Shown: piece after piece, positions 1 through 9,087 of the stretch
Numbering within the stretch: the first letter of the stretch is position 1
Layout of the letters: each line of letters begins with the position of its first letter
Source: an uncultured Gemmatimonadaceae bacterium
GTDB taxonomy: Bacteria; Gemmatimonadota; Gemmatimonadetes; Gemmatimonadales; Gemmatimonadaceae
Length of the DNA stretch: 64,000 nt
Direction of reading: 5' to 3'
Assembly: GCA_963817955.1 (NCBI GenBank)
Contig: CAWFQK010000009.1
Location: forward strand, 128,001 to 192,000
Notes under the pieces: generated by a model
What the model saw: the letters and a program-made list of their open reading frames with translations, nothing else
Database searches by the model: none
Told to the model about the DNA's origin: nothing
Made by a program: the position numbers and the translations under genes

Positions 1-319
1 GTTAGCTGACGTGTCCTTCTATCCGGGAGGAGGAGAACGTGATGGCAGCCGAGCGTCTGTTCGGGTCGCTGCGCGAAATCGTGCATGCGTTTACCCATAG
101 GATTCGCCGCGCGTCATACGCGCCGGCGCGCGCGACCTTCAGCCCACCGGGCGACCTGTCAGTTACCGCCTTCAGGCGCGCAACGCGCACCGAATGCGAC
201 GACGACGATCACCCCGAGCGATATCGCGAGATCGTGTTGATGAACGATCATGCCGTCTCTCGCATGTTCGACCGCCGTCAGAGCCCGCAGCCCGAGGCTT
301 GGCCCGACTGACCGGCTGA

Positions 320-516
320 CGACGACCGGGCTGGTGTGGCGTGCGAAACGACTCGCCAACGAGAAGCTCGTGTCGCTCGTGGAGGCGCACACTGACGTGC
401 TGGTCAAGGATCGGCGCGCCACGTACTACGGCCACAGGATCTATTTCACGACGGGCCGCTCGGGGCTGAGCCTCGACTGTGCGATCCCGAAAGGGAATCC
501 GGGAGATGTCCTCTGA
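320..516 (+). pseudogene. Transposase fragment (ISNCY/IS5-like DDE)
   Basis: EKLVSLVEAHTDVLVKDRRATYYGHRIYFTTGRSGLSLDCAIPKGNPGD resembles the conserved EKxxS..E.HTD..VK.RR...YGHK...G....D....GNP.D block of ISNCY/IS5-like transposases. No start codon or termini seen, and it stops early. Confidence 0.55.
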
Positions 517-841
517 CACTGACACTCTCCCCGGCTTTGGTATCGGCGGATTTCCGATGCTGGTTGGTCACGCGAGCCGCTCGGCTGTCAGACCCTCCAT
601 ACATCATGCAGCGGAGGCAACTCCGATATGAGCAGCTTCGCGCGCAGCTCGTCGCGGCCGAGTTCCGGACGACAGACGTCAAACACCAGCTCGAGCGGCT
701 GCGCGAAAGCTTGCTCGCCTCGAAATCGCCGAGGGCGACGCCGTGCAGATAGAGATCTGGCAGCATCGCCCCAACCTCGTTCATCAACTTCGTATCGCCC
801 GATGCCTTGATTCTCTGCTCGGCGCACTGCATAACTGTCCT

Positions 842-3800
842 ATGCACATTCTTGTCATTTCGTTGTGTGAGCACCGCGCATTGAGAAAGACTCGCACATT
901 GCTCGATAGCTATGCGGTTCGCGTTGGGGACCGGAGTTGGGCGAGCGCAATGACAACGGAAGGCGTCAGAGAACTGAGGGCCGCTCTCCGTCGCGTCGCG
1001 ACTCGGCAGACAGCGGTTGCGTGCTACCAGAACGACGGCCGACGCCGAATGAAGTTGTTGTGGATCGTCGGCTCTCGTGCGGCGTTCGGACCCGATGGTC
1101 ATGTCCCCTCAGGCACGACGAGGAGAACTCCTGCGAAACATTCGACCCTCGCGCAGCCATGGACGCGCGTCGCATCCCTGCTAGCCCAAGGCGCCGGCCT
1201 GGTACACGATATGGGCAAGGTGTCGGAACGGTTCCAATCCAAGCTGCGCCAAAGCACGACGTCGGGCGATGACGTGCGGCATGAGTGGATTTCCATGAAG
1301 GTGTTGCAGGCGATGCGCAAGAATGGGCACGACTGGAGGCAGGCGTGGTCGACGCTTGATGTGGGAATGTCGGACGTAACGCTTGGCGATCGTGTTGTCG
1401 GGCAGCCTTCGACGGAAGCGGTCGCCAGTTCGCTCGAGGCGCTTGATTTTCTAGTCGCCAGCCATCACGGCCTACTGCAGAGCGAAGACCCCGGCACTGT
1501 TCCCACGGCCAGGGCGCCAAGCCGGCATGTGCGCCGTTCACATGCTGCAGACCAGGTGACACCGGCAGGCAACATCGATCCGGCTGTGTTGGCGGACTAT
1601 TGGCAGCTTGAAGACCGGCTGGCGCTCGCCGCGGGGGAACGGGGCACGGCGTATTGGCGCGCCACCACGGTGTACGCTCGCGCGGCATTGATCTTCGCCG
1701 ATCACACGGTGTCGGCGCAGCGGCTGCCCATGAGCGGCACCAGCGACGGTATGTACGCCAACACGGTGAGGGAAGGGGGCGTCCGCCGCCTAAATCAAAC
1801 ACTCGACTGGCATCTGCGAACCGTGAGCGCGCGCGCGCGCGAAATCGCCTGGCGCATGTCGCAACTGACCGCGACGCGCCAGGCCGTTGGGTCGTCTCAC
1901 GGCCAACTTGTCGGGTTGTCTCACGATGCGGTTGAGAACATCACTCGGATGTCGAAGCCGATGGGTCGCTTCGCGTGGCAGAATCGATGCGCGGATGCGC
2001 TGGCACAGGCGCGTGAGAAAGCTCCCGATCGCCCGATGTTGGTTTTCAACATGGCGAGCACAGGGTCAGGAAAGACGCGTATGAATGCCCGCGCCGCCTG
2101 TGTCCTCTCGCGGGATGCATCCCCGCGCTTTTCAATTGCGCTGAATCTGCGCAGCCTTACGCTCCAGACCGGCGAGGCCCTGAAGTCAGGGTTGGACATC
2201 GGTGGTGACGAGTTGGCCGTCGTGATTGGTGATCGCACGGCACAGGATCTCTTCAACAAGGCGCGCTCTGCCGCACAGGCAGCGGTCTTTGACGGAGATA
2301 ATCCCGACGAGAATCAGTTCGAGGGTGAAATCATCTGCGACGGCGACGAGCACGAGTTGCCCGAATGGATGGAACCGCTCTTCGAGGCCGGCCGCGAACG
2401 TACGATCGTTGGCGCGCCGCTTCTCGTCTCCACAATCGATTTCCTCAGTGCCGCCGGCACGCCAGGCGCACAGGGGCATCACGTGAAAGCGCTGCTGAGA
2501 CTCATGAGCGCAGACCTGGTGCTCGATGAGATTGACAGCTACGAACCGAACGCCTTGGTGGCTGTGCTCCGCCTCGTGCAGCTCAGCGCGCTGTTTCGCA
2601 GAAATGTCATCTGTTCATCAGCCACGCTGTCATGGCCAGTCGCTACCGCGGTTGAACGGGCCTTCCGATCGGGCGTTGAAATGCTGCAGGAGCTCGAGCG
2701 CGATGCTGGCCAGTCGACGAAATCACCAGAGTCTGCGGAACAGAGTATCGGGTACGTGCGTGCATGCATCGATGACACGCTGCCTCCATTGGTCGACATT
2801 GGCGATATATGCGGTCGCGACTTCAAGACGCTCTACTGTGCGCGGCTCGCGGAGATCGCGGCGAGCATTGCGGTACAGCCAACGCTCCGGCTTGCGGTGC
2901 TCCAGAAGGTGTCCGTCGTAACGCGAGAAGGGTGGTTCAACGCTGTCCAGGACGCTGTGCAGAGAATGCACAACGCGAACGCTTGGTCATTCGGTGATAG
3001 CGGCAAGGTGGTGTCGTTCGGGCTGGTACGAGTAGCCAATATTGGCACAGCGATCGAAGTGGCACGCCACCTTGCCGATGCCTTGCCAAACGCAAGTGTG
3101 GCGTGCTATCACGCTGGCGAATTCCGGATCGCTCGATTCCATAAAGAACGGCGGTTGGATGCACTGCTCTCTCGTAGTCGAGGGAACGAGCACATCCTGC
3201 ACGACCCGGAAATTCGCAAGCTGGTTGCAGCAGCGAAGTCACAGAGCGTGCCGTGTATCGTAGTGGCGACGCCGGTTGAAGAAATCGGGCGAGACCATGA
3301 CTTCGATTGGGGTGTGATCGAGCCGTCGAGCACTCAGTCGATTGTTCAGGCGGGTGGTCGAGTGAACCGCCATCGTTTCATCCCATGCGGCAACGAACCG
3401 AACATCGCGCTCCTGCAGTTCAATCTGCGGCACTGCACGAACGTGGAGCTTGGTCGTGAAGGCAACGCCGCTTTCATACGGCCTGGGTATGAGGATGAAC
3501 GCAGAAGCCGCAACTCGGGAGGAGGCCACTATCTCGATCACGACCTGCAGCACTTGCTCCCCTGGGACAATGGCCTTCTCAGGGTCAATGCGGCGCTTCG
3601 ATTCGATGAGGTCAACTGCCAACTCGCACTGGCCGACGATCAGGCGGTCGAGCGGCGCGTCGGAACCTATTTCGGCGAGGGTGGCTTCTTTGTCACACAG
3701 CCAGTGGACTGCTGGACGCTCACTGACGGGCCGGGCGGACCCTATGCAAAGACGGCGTTGCGAGAAAGGGATGCACAGAAGCAGTACTGGAGAGTGAAGG

Positions 3801-4069
3801 ACGAAGATGGACACCTTGCGTTTGACAAGAAGGTGCGCGTTCAAGATCCGAGGGGCCGCGACTTTCTCGTAGATGAGTGGTTTGCAGAGGCGATCGATGT
3901 CATCGCTGCAAGACCTAACGCCTGGCTAGCGCTCCCGCCGGCCGATATGGCGCAGCTCTGCGCCGACATGGACATCGACGTCGAGAACGGCATGCAGGCG
4001 GAGCTCGCCGCCTACAAGGCAGACACGAAGTTTGAGTACGACCTCGGGTTCGGCGTGAGAAGAGCGTGA
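842..4069 (+). CDS. cas3: Type I-F Cas2-Cas3 fusion helicase-nuclease
   Basis: Cas2-like N-terminus MHILVISLCEHRALRKTRTLLDSYA...TAVACY. HD motifs HDMGK, HEWIS, HHGL, ADH. SF2 motifs ASTGSGKT, DEID, SSAT, VATPVEEIGRDHDFDW, QAGGRVNRHR. Start placed at ATG 842, in frame with ORF 743..4069. Confidence 0.96.
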   Translation: MHILVISLCEHRALRKTRTLLDSYAVRVGDRSWASAMTTEGVRELRAALRRVATRQTAVACYQNDGRRRMKLLWIVGSRAAFGPDGHVPSGTTRRTPAKHSTLAQPWTRVASLLAQGAGLVHDMGKVSERFQSKLRQSTTSGDDVRHEWISMKVLQAMRKNGHDWRQAWSTLDVGMSDVTLGDRVVGQPSTEAVASSLEALDFLVASHHGLLQSEDPGTVPTARAPSRHVRRSHAADQVTPAGNIDPAVLADYWQLEDRLALAAGERGTAYWRATTVYARAALIFADHTVSAQRLPMSGTSDGMYANTVREGGVRRLNQTLDWHLRTVSARAREIAWRMSQLTATRQAVGSSHGQLVGLSHDAVENITRMSKPMGRFAWQNRCADALAQAREKAPDRPMLVFNMASTGSGKTRMNARAACVLSRDASPRFSIALNLRSLTLQTGEALKSGLDIGGDELAVVIGDRTAQDLFNKARSAAQAAVFDGDNPDENQFEGEIICDGDEHELPEWMEPLFEAGRERTIVGAPLLVSTIDFLSAAGTPGAQGHHVKALLRLMSADLVLDEIDSYEPNALVAVLRLVQLSALFRRNVICSSATLSWPVATAVERAFRSGVEMLQELERDAGQSTKSPESAEQSIGYVRACIDDTLPPLVDIGDICGRDFKTLYCARLAEIAASIAVQPTLRLAVLQKVSVVTREGWFNAVQDAVQRMHNANAWSFGDSGKVVSFGLVRVANIGTAIEVARHLADALPNASVACYHAGEFRIARFHKERRLDALLSRSRGNEHILHDPEIRKLVAAAKSQSVPCIVVATPVEEIGRDHDFDWGVIEPSSTQSIVQAGGRVNRHRFIPCGNEPNIALLQFNLRHCTNVELGREGNAAFIRPGYEDERRSRNSGGGHYLDHDLQHLLPWDNGLLRVNAALRFDEVNCQLALADDQAVERRVGTYFGEGGFFVTQPVDCWTLTDGPGGPYAKTALRERDAQKQYWRVKDEDGHLAFDKKVRVQDPRGRDFLVDEWFAEAIDVIAARPNAWLALPPADMAQLCADMDIDVENGMQAELAAYKADTKFEYDLGFGVRRA

Positions 4070-4312
4070 GAAGAATGGTGCGGGCGACGTACCGGATTGT
4101 CAGCTGCTTCAGAGGGCCTTTGCCAATCGATCGCATCGCATCCGTACGTCCGAATGTGAATTACAGTTCCAGTGTCACTGGGTGGTCGTATCGTTCTCCG
4201 TCATGACTGGCTGACACGCAAGCACGACAGTTCTGCAGAAGGACGTCAGCAGGAGTAGCGCGTCGATGATCCGTGGCTCCGGCATGGCGCATATCACTTT
4301 GGGAGGCAGCAT

Positions 4313-5581
4313 ATGAGCGAATCCTCCGACGGCATCGAGGACGAAGCGGGCGATTCTGGTGCAGCACCGGCTACAACGCGAGGCGCTAAGCCGTGGAAAA
4401 GCTACGAGGCCGACGTCTATAAGGAGGTAGCAAGCAAGCTCGTTCACTTCAGCACCAAGACCGTCAACTCCAACGCATCTGCCGGCGGCATCCGGTTGGG
4501 ACCCGATGCTGGCCTCGACCTGCCCTACGTTTCGGCTCGAACGCTCATGAGCTCTGGCGTGCGGGTGGATCTGGACTACACCGCCAACGTCGGAGGCACC
4601 GCGACCGTGGTGAAGCAGATCAACGCGGCTCAGCGCAACGACGCGCCAGTGGGTGAGCCATCTGATTTGGAGCGCCAGTTCATCGCAACCGCAATGGAGG
4701 AGGCGCATGCCGCGCCATTCACCGTCGGCATTGAATCGGTAGATGCGCGGCTCCGCCAGATCCTCATACCAAAGCCGGACGCGAGAGATGGCTACGTAGC
4801 AGTCACGCCGCTCACGGCGGGCGGCGTATGTCACCTGTTGCTCGACTCGAGCACAGGCTTGCTCGCGGCACACAATGGCGCGGTGAAGGAAGAGCGTACC
4901 CTGACGTCAAATCCAGCCGAGCACGCACTTCCAGCCGAGCACACACTTCGGAAAATCCACCAAGCAAGATTTGGCTTGGGCGGTTCGAATCCGCAGAACG
5001 TCGGCGGCCTCGTGCGCAGCATGCAACGACCCATACACGTGGGGGCGCCAGGTGGCGGAGGGTCCACGCGGGCTGCCTTCGCGCTGTACTATGAAGGCAT
5101 ACGACTCGACCTGGCCCGAGCCGCTCTGCTCCCATATCGGGCCTTCAGAATCAGCCTGACGGCGGGTGGAACGACCGTCAGTACGATGGAAGATAGAAAC
5201 GTCGAGGAGGAGATTCTTCGCCGCGTGTGCGACGGCATTCAGCAGTTAGCGGCGGAAGCGCTGGACACGCTCCGAACTCACGCGGAGTTGCTCCCGCAAG
5301 ACCACCAGCTTGCCGGGGACCAGAACGGTGAATATGAGCTCGTGTCGCGGAAGGTTTCCGGCGTCGTACGCGGCTTGATTGACAAGCGGCTGCGTGGCCA
5401 TGATTACCGGCAGACGCCAGCGGGGCGCGAGATCGACTGGCCGCGCGAGACCGCGCAGCTCATTGCTGGAAAAGTTGGCGCGAGCCTAATGACATTGCAC
5501 GGCGAACAGGTACCTGTGGTGCCGCTGGACGCGCGCGGGCGCAACAGCGTGGCTGCCATCATCGAGGAGTACCTGCGATGA
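4313..5581 (+). CDS. cas8f: Type I-F large subunit Cas8f/Csy1 (divergent)
   Basis: Lies immediately before cas5f with ATGA overlap. Csy1-like motifs RQILIP...YVAVTPL and GGSNPQNV (compare GGTKPQNI). GGAGG RBS upstream. Confidence 0.8.
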   Translation: MSESSDGIEDEAGDSGAAPATTRGAKPWKSYEADVYKEVASKLVHFSTKTVNSNASAGGIRLGPDAGLDLPYVSARTLMSSGVRVDLDYTANVGGTATVVKQINAAQRNDAPVGEPSDLERQFIATAMEEAHAAPFTVGIESVDARLRQILIPKPDARDGYVAVTPLTAGGVCHLLLDSSTGLLAAHNGAVKEERTLTSNPAEHALPAEHTLRKIHQARFGLGGSNPQNVGGLVRSMQRPIHVGAPGGGGSTRAAFALYYEGIRLDLARAALLPYRAFRISLTAGGTTVSTMEDRNVEEEILRRVCDGIQQLAAEALDTLRTHAELLPQDHQLAGDQNGEYELVSRKVSGVVRGLIDKRLRGHDYRQTPAGREIDWPRETAQLIAGKVGASLMTLHGEQVPVVPLDARGRNSVAAIIEEYLR

Positions 5582-6372
5582 ACTACCTCCTTATGCCGCA
5601 GATACGTGTGCAATCGGCGAATGCACATACGTGCGGCTTTCTCCTGGGTGGGCCACCCGTATTGCCGAGTGTGTTCTTCGCGCATGCATTGAGCCGGAAG
5701 CTCCGCTGCAGCGTCACTGGCGTCGCCTTGATACACCATCAGGCAGTGCCGCTGGGGCAGTCATTCTTCGGCGTCTATTCACCGCAGCAACGGCGAGCGG
5801 CCGCGTTCACCTTCACGAACAAGCCGGGGAGGGACTACTCGTCAAAGAATGCGCACGCCCTGTCCTCCCAACCAGTGGCCTGCACGCACCTCCGGGTCAG
5901 TCTGATCCTGGAGGTAGAGGGTCTGCGCACAATCGAAGGAGTAAAGAATTTCATGTTTGGCGGCCGCCTGTCCGGTGGACAGATCACGGCGCACGGAGCG
6001 TTGAGTTTGTGCGACACGATCGGCGAGGCCGTCGAGCAGGCACAGACAGGGTTCTGCGTGATTGACAGGCAGGACCTGATGCAGCCCCATGATGGAAAGA
6101 ACCAGGCCATGCTCCTGGTTGAGCACCTTGGGCGCCAGTCATCAAAGGATGCCGGGGATGCGTGGCTGTCCGCCGCGTGTCTTGGGTATGCCCCAATAAC
6201 GCCCTTCGAGCAACGCGAGGGTGTCCGCGAAGGTTATGACCATGCCTTCGCGGAGTCCCTCATCGGGCTCGTGCAATACCAGTCTGTCAGATCGATCGCC
6301 GATGTGCAGCGCGTAATCTGGAGGCCAGAGTGGCTCCCGAATGGCGTCTTTCGTGTTGTTCAGTCCACCTAG
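5578..6372 (+). CDS. cas5f: Type I-F Cas5f/Csy2
   Basis: N-terminal YLLMPQIRVQSANA...GGPP...FAHALSRK, HLRVSLILEV, RLSGG and C-terminal HAFAESLIGLVQY are typical of Csy2. Confidence 0.9.
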   Translation: MNYLLMPQIRVQSANAHTCGFLLGGPPVLPSVFFAHALSRKLRCSVTGVALIHHQAVPLGQSFFGVYSPQQRRAAAFTFTNKPGRDYSSKNAHALSSQPVACTHLRVSLILEVEGLRTIEGVKNFMFGGRLSGGQITAHGALSLCDTIGEAVEQAQTGFCVIDRQDLMQPHDGKNQAMLLVEHLGRQSSKDAGDAWLSAACLGYAPITPFEQREGVREGYDHAFAESLIGLVQYQSVRSIADVQRVIWRPEWLPNGVFRVVQST

Positions 6373-6400
6373 CCACACCCCAAGAGGAATCGACGCAATC

Positions 6401-7471
6401 ATGACAACCGCACTGAAGAAATTGCCGGGCGTTCTGTCCTTTCAGAGAAGCATGCTCGTGACCGATGCGCTGTTCTACAATGCGTATGACGACGGACACA
6501 AGGAGCCGCTGCATGTCGTACGCCACGGGATTCGCGGCACGCAAAACATCAACAAGGCGTATGCCGCAGAATCCGCTGGGGCTACGGCCGCCAGTGCGAA
6601 GCGCGCGAACGTGTCCAACATTCAGACTACGGATTCGGCGAAACTGGACCCAGCCGCCGTGGCGCTGGAAGTCCGCTTCGACGTCCGGTTCCTCGACTTG
6701 GGGAACGCGCTGTTCGCCTGCGCCGCGGGTCAAACGGACAAACCCGAGGATATTCCGGCGCTCCGCAGCCTCCTGGCTGTCTTCATCGATAAGGCGAAGG
6801 CCAGCGATGGACTCATGGAGGTCGCCAGTCGGTACGCTCGCAACATCGCCAACGGCCGCTTCCTGTGGCGGAACCGCGCGGTCGCGCAATCGGTGCGCAT
6901 CGTAGTACGTGACGGCACGGGTGAGATCGCCTCGTTCGATGCACTGGCCACGCCTCTGAACAGCTTCGGCGCCTACTCGGCTGAGGAACGTCGTGTGGCT
7001 ACAGTCGTTGCCGCCGGCCTGCGAAACGATCGGCAGGCAAAGTTGAGCGTTTGCGCGACTGTGGACTTCGGTGTGCGCGGGCCGGTCGAGGTTTTTCCGT
7101 CGCAGAACTATCTGGAAGGGAAGGAGAAGGGTTTTGCGCGTCCGTTGTACTGCGTGGGTGATGTGCCGACGGGACAGGACAGGCACAGCGCGGCGGAGTT
7201 AGGGCAAGCGGCGTTGCGAGACCAGAAGATCGGTAATGCGCTGCGCACGTTCGACACGTGGTATCCAAGGTTCGAGACGCATCAGCTACCAATCCCCGTG
7301 GAACCCAACGGCGCCAGCCTGGACGCACAGGAGTTCTTCCGAAACACAAAGGCAGCCTCGGGCTTCAACCTGATGCTGCGGCTGGGTGAGCTGGATCCGA
7401 ACACTGACGATGGGATGTTCCTGCTCGCCTGCATCATTCGTGGTGGTGTCTTCTCGGGGAGCGATAGCTGA
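6401..7471 (+). CDS. cas7f: Type I-F Cas7f/Csy3 backbone subunit
   Basis: VLSFQRS, GIRGT, NIQT, RYARNIANGRFLWRNR, EVFPSQ, QKIGNALRTFDTWY, IRGGVF. Confidence 0.96.
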   Translation: MTTALKKLPGVLSFQRSMLVTDALFYNAYDDGHKEPLHVVRHGIRGTQNINKAYAAESAGATAASAKRANVSNIQTTDSAKLDPAAVALEVRFDVRFLDLGNALFACAAGQTDKPEDIPALRSLLAVFIDKAKASDGLMEVASRYARNIANGRFLWRNRAVAQSVRIVVRDGTGEIASFDALATPLNSFGAYSAEERRVATVVAAGLRNDRQAKLSVCATVDFGVRGPVEVFPSQNYLEGKEKGFARPLYCVGDVPTGQDRHSAAELGQAALRDQKIGNALRTFDTWYPRFETHQLPIPVEPNGASLDAQEFFRNTKAASGFNLMLRLGELDPNTDDGMFLLACIIRGGVFSGSDS

Positions 7472-7473
7472 GC

Positions 7474-8028
7474 ATGCGGCCCCACTGGTTCTTCGATATC
7501 GATACGACCGGCGGTGAAGACAGCGGCTTAGGCCAGCCGCTGCTACGCGGGAGGATGCTGTCCGTGCTGCACCCAGTGTTTCAGCGATGCCCGCACACGT
7601 ACGCTGTTGCGCTCACGCGTGGCTTGGGGCAGCTGCGCGTATTCGCGTCAGCGCGTCACGACATCGAGATACTGGCAGACCAGCTTGGGTCGCTGCCCTG
7701 GGTACGCGACTATGCCCGCCTGTCTAATCCGCGTCTGGTTCCAACTGATTTCGGAGGGAACTGGACCACGTTCAATCGGTATCGGATTCCCACGGCGAAG
7801 TCAGATCGCAAGACCGGCGACGAACACGGCCAGCTTCGTAGCCGCCGTCTGAAGGCTGCGATCGAAGGAAAGATGGATTATTTCATGCTTCGGAGCGCGA
7901 GCACCGGCCAGACGTTCACGCTTGTCGTGCACCGCCAGCCTGGTGTGCCAATTAACGTGGAATGTCAACCCAGTAGTTACGGATTCAGCTCGGCAGCGCG
8001 CGCATTCAGCTTGCCAGACCTGCCGTGA
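7474..8028 (+). CDS. cas6f: Type I-F Cas6f/Csy4 crRNA endoribonuclease
   Basis: 184 aa with early His (SVLH), LRVFAS, Arg-rich helix, LRSASTGQTF and C-terminal SSYGFS...LP; follows cas7f. Confidence 0.88.
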   Translation: MRPHWFFDIDTTGGEDSGLGQPLLRGRMLSVLHPVFQRCPHTYAVALTRGLGQLRVFASARHDIEILADQLGSLPWVRDYARLSNPRLVPTDFGGNWTTFNRYRIPTAKSDRKTGDEHGQLRSRRLKAAIEGKMDYFMLRSASTGQTFTLVVHRQPGVPINVECQPSSYGFSSAARAFSLPDLP

Positions 8029-8999
8029 GTGCAAAGGGAGTTGGGCGACCGCAGATCCGTCCGCGCGCGGTCATGCTTTCGAAGCGCGCAAACGTGTTCT
8101 ATCTGGAGCATGTACGCGTGATCCAGATGGATAACCGCGTGGTGTACTTGACTCAGGACGGCGGGGATATTGAACGGTTCTTCAATATCCCCGAACGCAA
8201 TACTGCGTTCTTGTTGCTCGGGAAGGGCACGTCGATTACCGACGCCGCGATGCGTCGACTCGCCGAGTCGAACGTGATGGTTGGGTTTTGCGGCTCAGGC
8301 GGATCGCCGCTGTTTGGCGCGCTGGACTTGGCGTTTCTTGCTCCGCAAAGCGAGTATCGGCCAACCGAGTATATGCAACGCTGGATGATGGCGTGGCTCG
8401 ATGAGGAGCGGCGGGTCGGACTTGGCCGAAGTCTGTTACTGGCGAGGTCGAAGCTCACATCCCGGCGGTGGGCCGAAGATCCCGAGTTGAATAAGCGCGG
8501 CATCGCAGTTCCCGCACCGCTCATCGAGACATTCGCCAGACAGGTGCAGGCGGCGCAGAACTCGCAGGATCTACTTCTGGCCGAGGCACGCTGGGCAAAG
8601 AACTTGTACGCCATTCTTGCGGAGGGTTTTCGGGTCGACTTTGCCCGGCAAGCTGGTGAGGGGGGGCTTGGGGGATTCTCGGATGTCGCGAATGGCTTCC
8701 TGGATCACGGAAACTACATCGCGTACGGCTACGCTGCCGTCGCCTTGTGCGGACTTGGCATCAGCTTCTCATTGCCGCTTCTGCATGGCAAGACGCGGCG
8801 CGGCGCACTCGTCTTCGACATTGCCGATCTCATCAAGGATGCCGTGGTGATGCCACTGGCGTTTGCCTGCGCCGAGCGAGGCGATAACCAGCGGGACTTC
8901 CGTTCCGCGCTTATTGAGCGCTGCCAGGACCAAGAGGTCCTCGACTACCTCTTCACCTTCATTTCTGCACTATGTGAGGAACCGCTGAAACCACAATGA
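8025..8999 (+). CDS. cas1: Type I-F Cas1 integrase
   Basis: SKRANVFYLEH, FNIP..NT..LLLG.GTSIT, QSEYRPTEY, LDHGNY.AYG, LHGKTRRGALVFD.AD. Confidence 0.97.
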   Translation: MSAKGVGRPQIRPRAVMLSKRANVFYLEHVRVIQMDNRVVYLTQDGGDIERFFNIPERNTAFLLLGKGTSITDAAMRRLAESNVMVGFCGSGGSPLFGALDLAFLAPQSEYRPTEYMQRWMMAWLDEERRVGLGRSLLLARSKLTSRRWAEDPELNKRGIAVPAPLIETFARQVQAAQNSQDLLLAEARWAKNLYAILAEGFRVDFARQAGEGGLGGFSDVANGFLDHGNYIAYGYAAVALCGLGISFSLPLLHGKTRRGALVFDIADLIKDAVVMPLAFACAERGDNQRDFRSALIERCQDQEVLDYLFTFISALCEEPLKPQ

Positions 9000-9087
9000 C
9001 TTAGGCCGTCTGTGTGATTTCGAAGGTCCGAGGGCAGGCACCCACGTACGTCGTTGAGGCAGCGAGACTTGCCCAATTGTTGTTCTA
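9000..9087 (+). promoter_or_regulatory. CRISPR leader (short)
   Basis: Non-coding 88 bp between the cas1 stop and the first repeat; ends ...TTGTTCTA. The degenerate repeat is at the far end of the array, so this is the leader side. Confidence 0.6.

Noticed and set aside
4313..6372. HNH or other nuclease fusion in Cas8f or Cas5f
   Set aside because: Protein sizes are normal and no HNH motif was seen.
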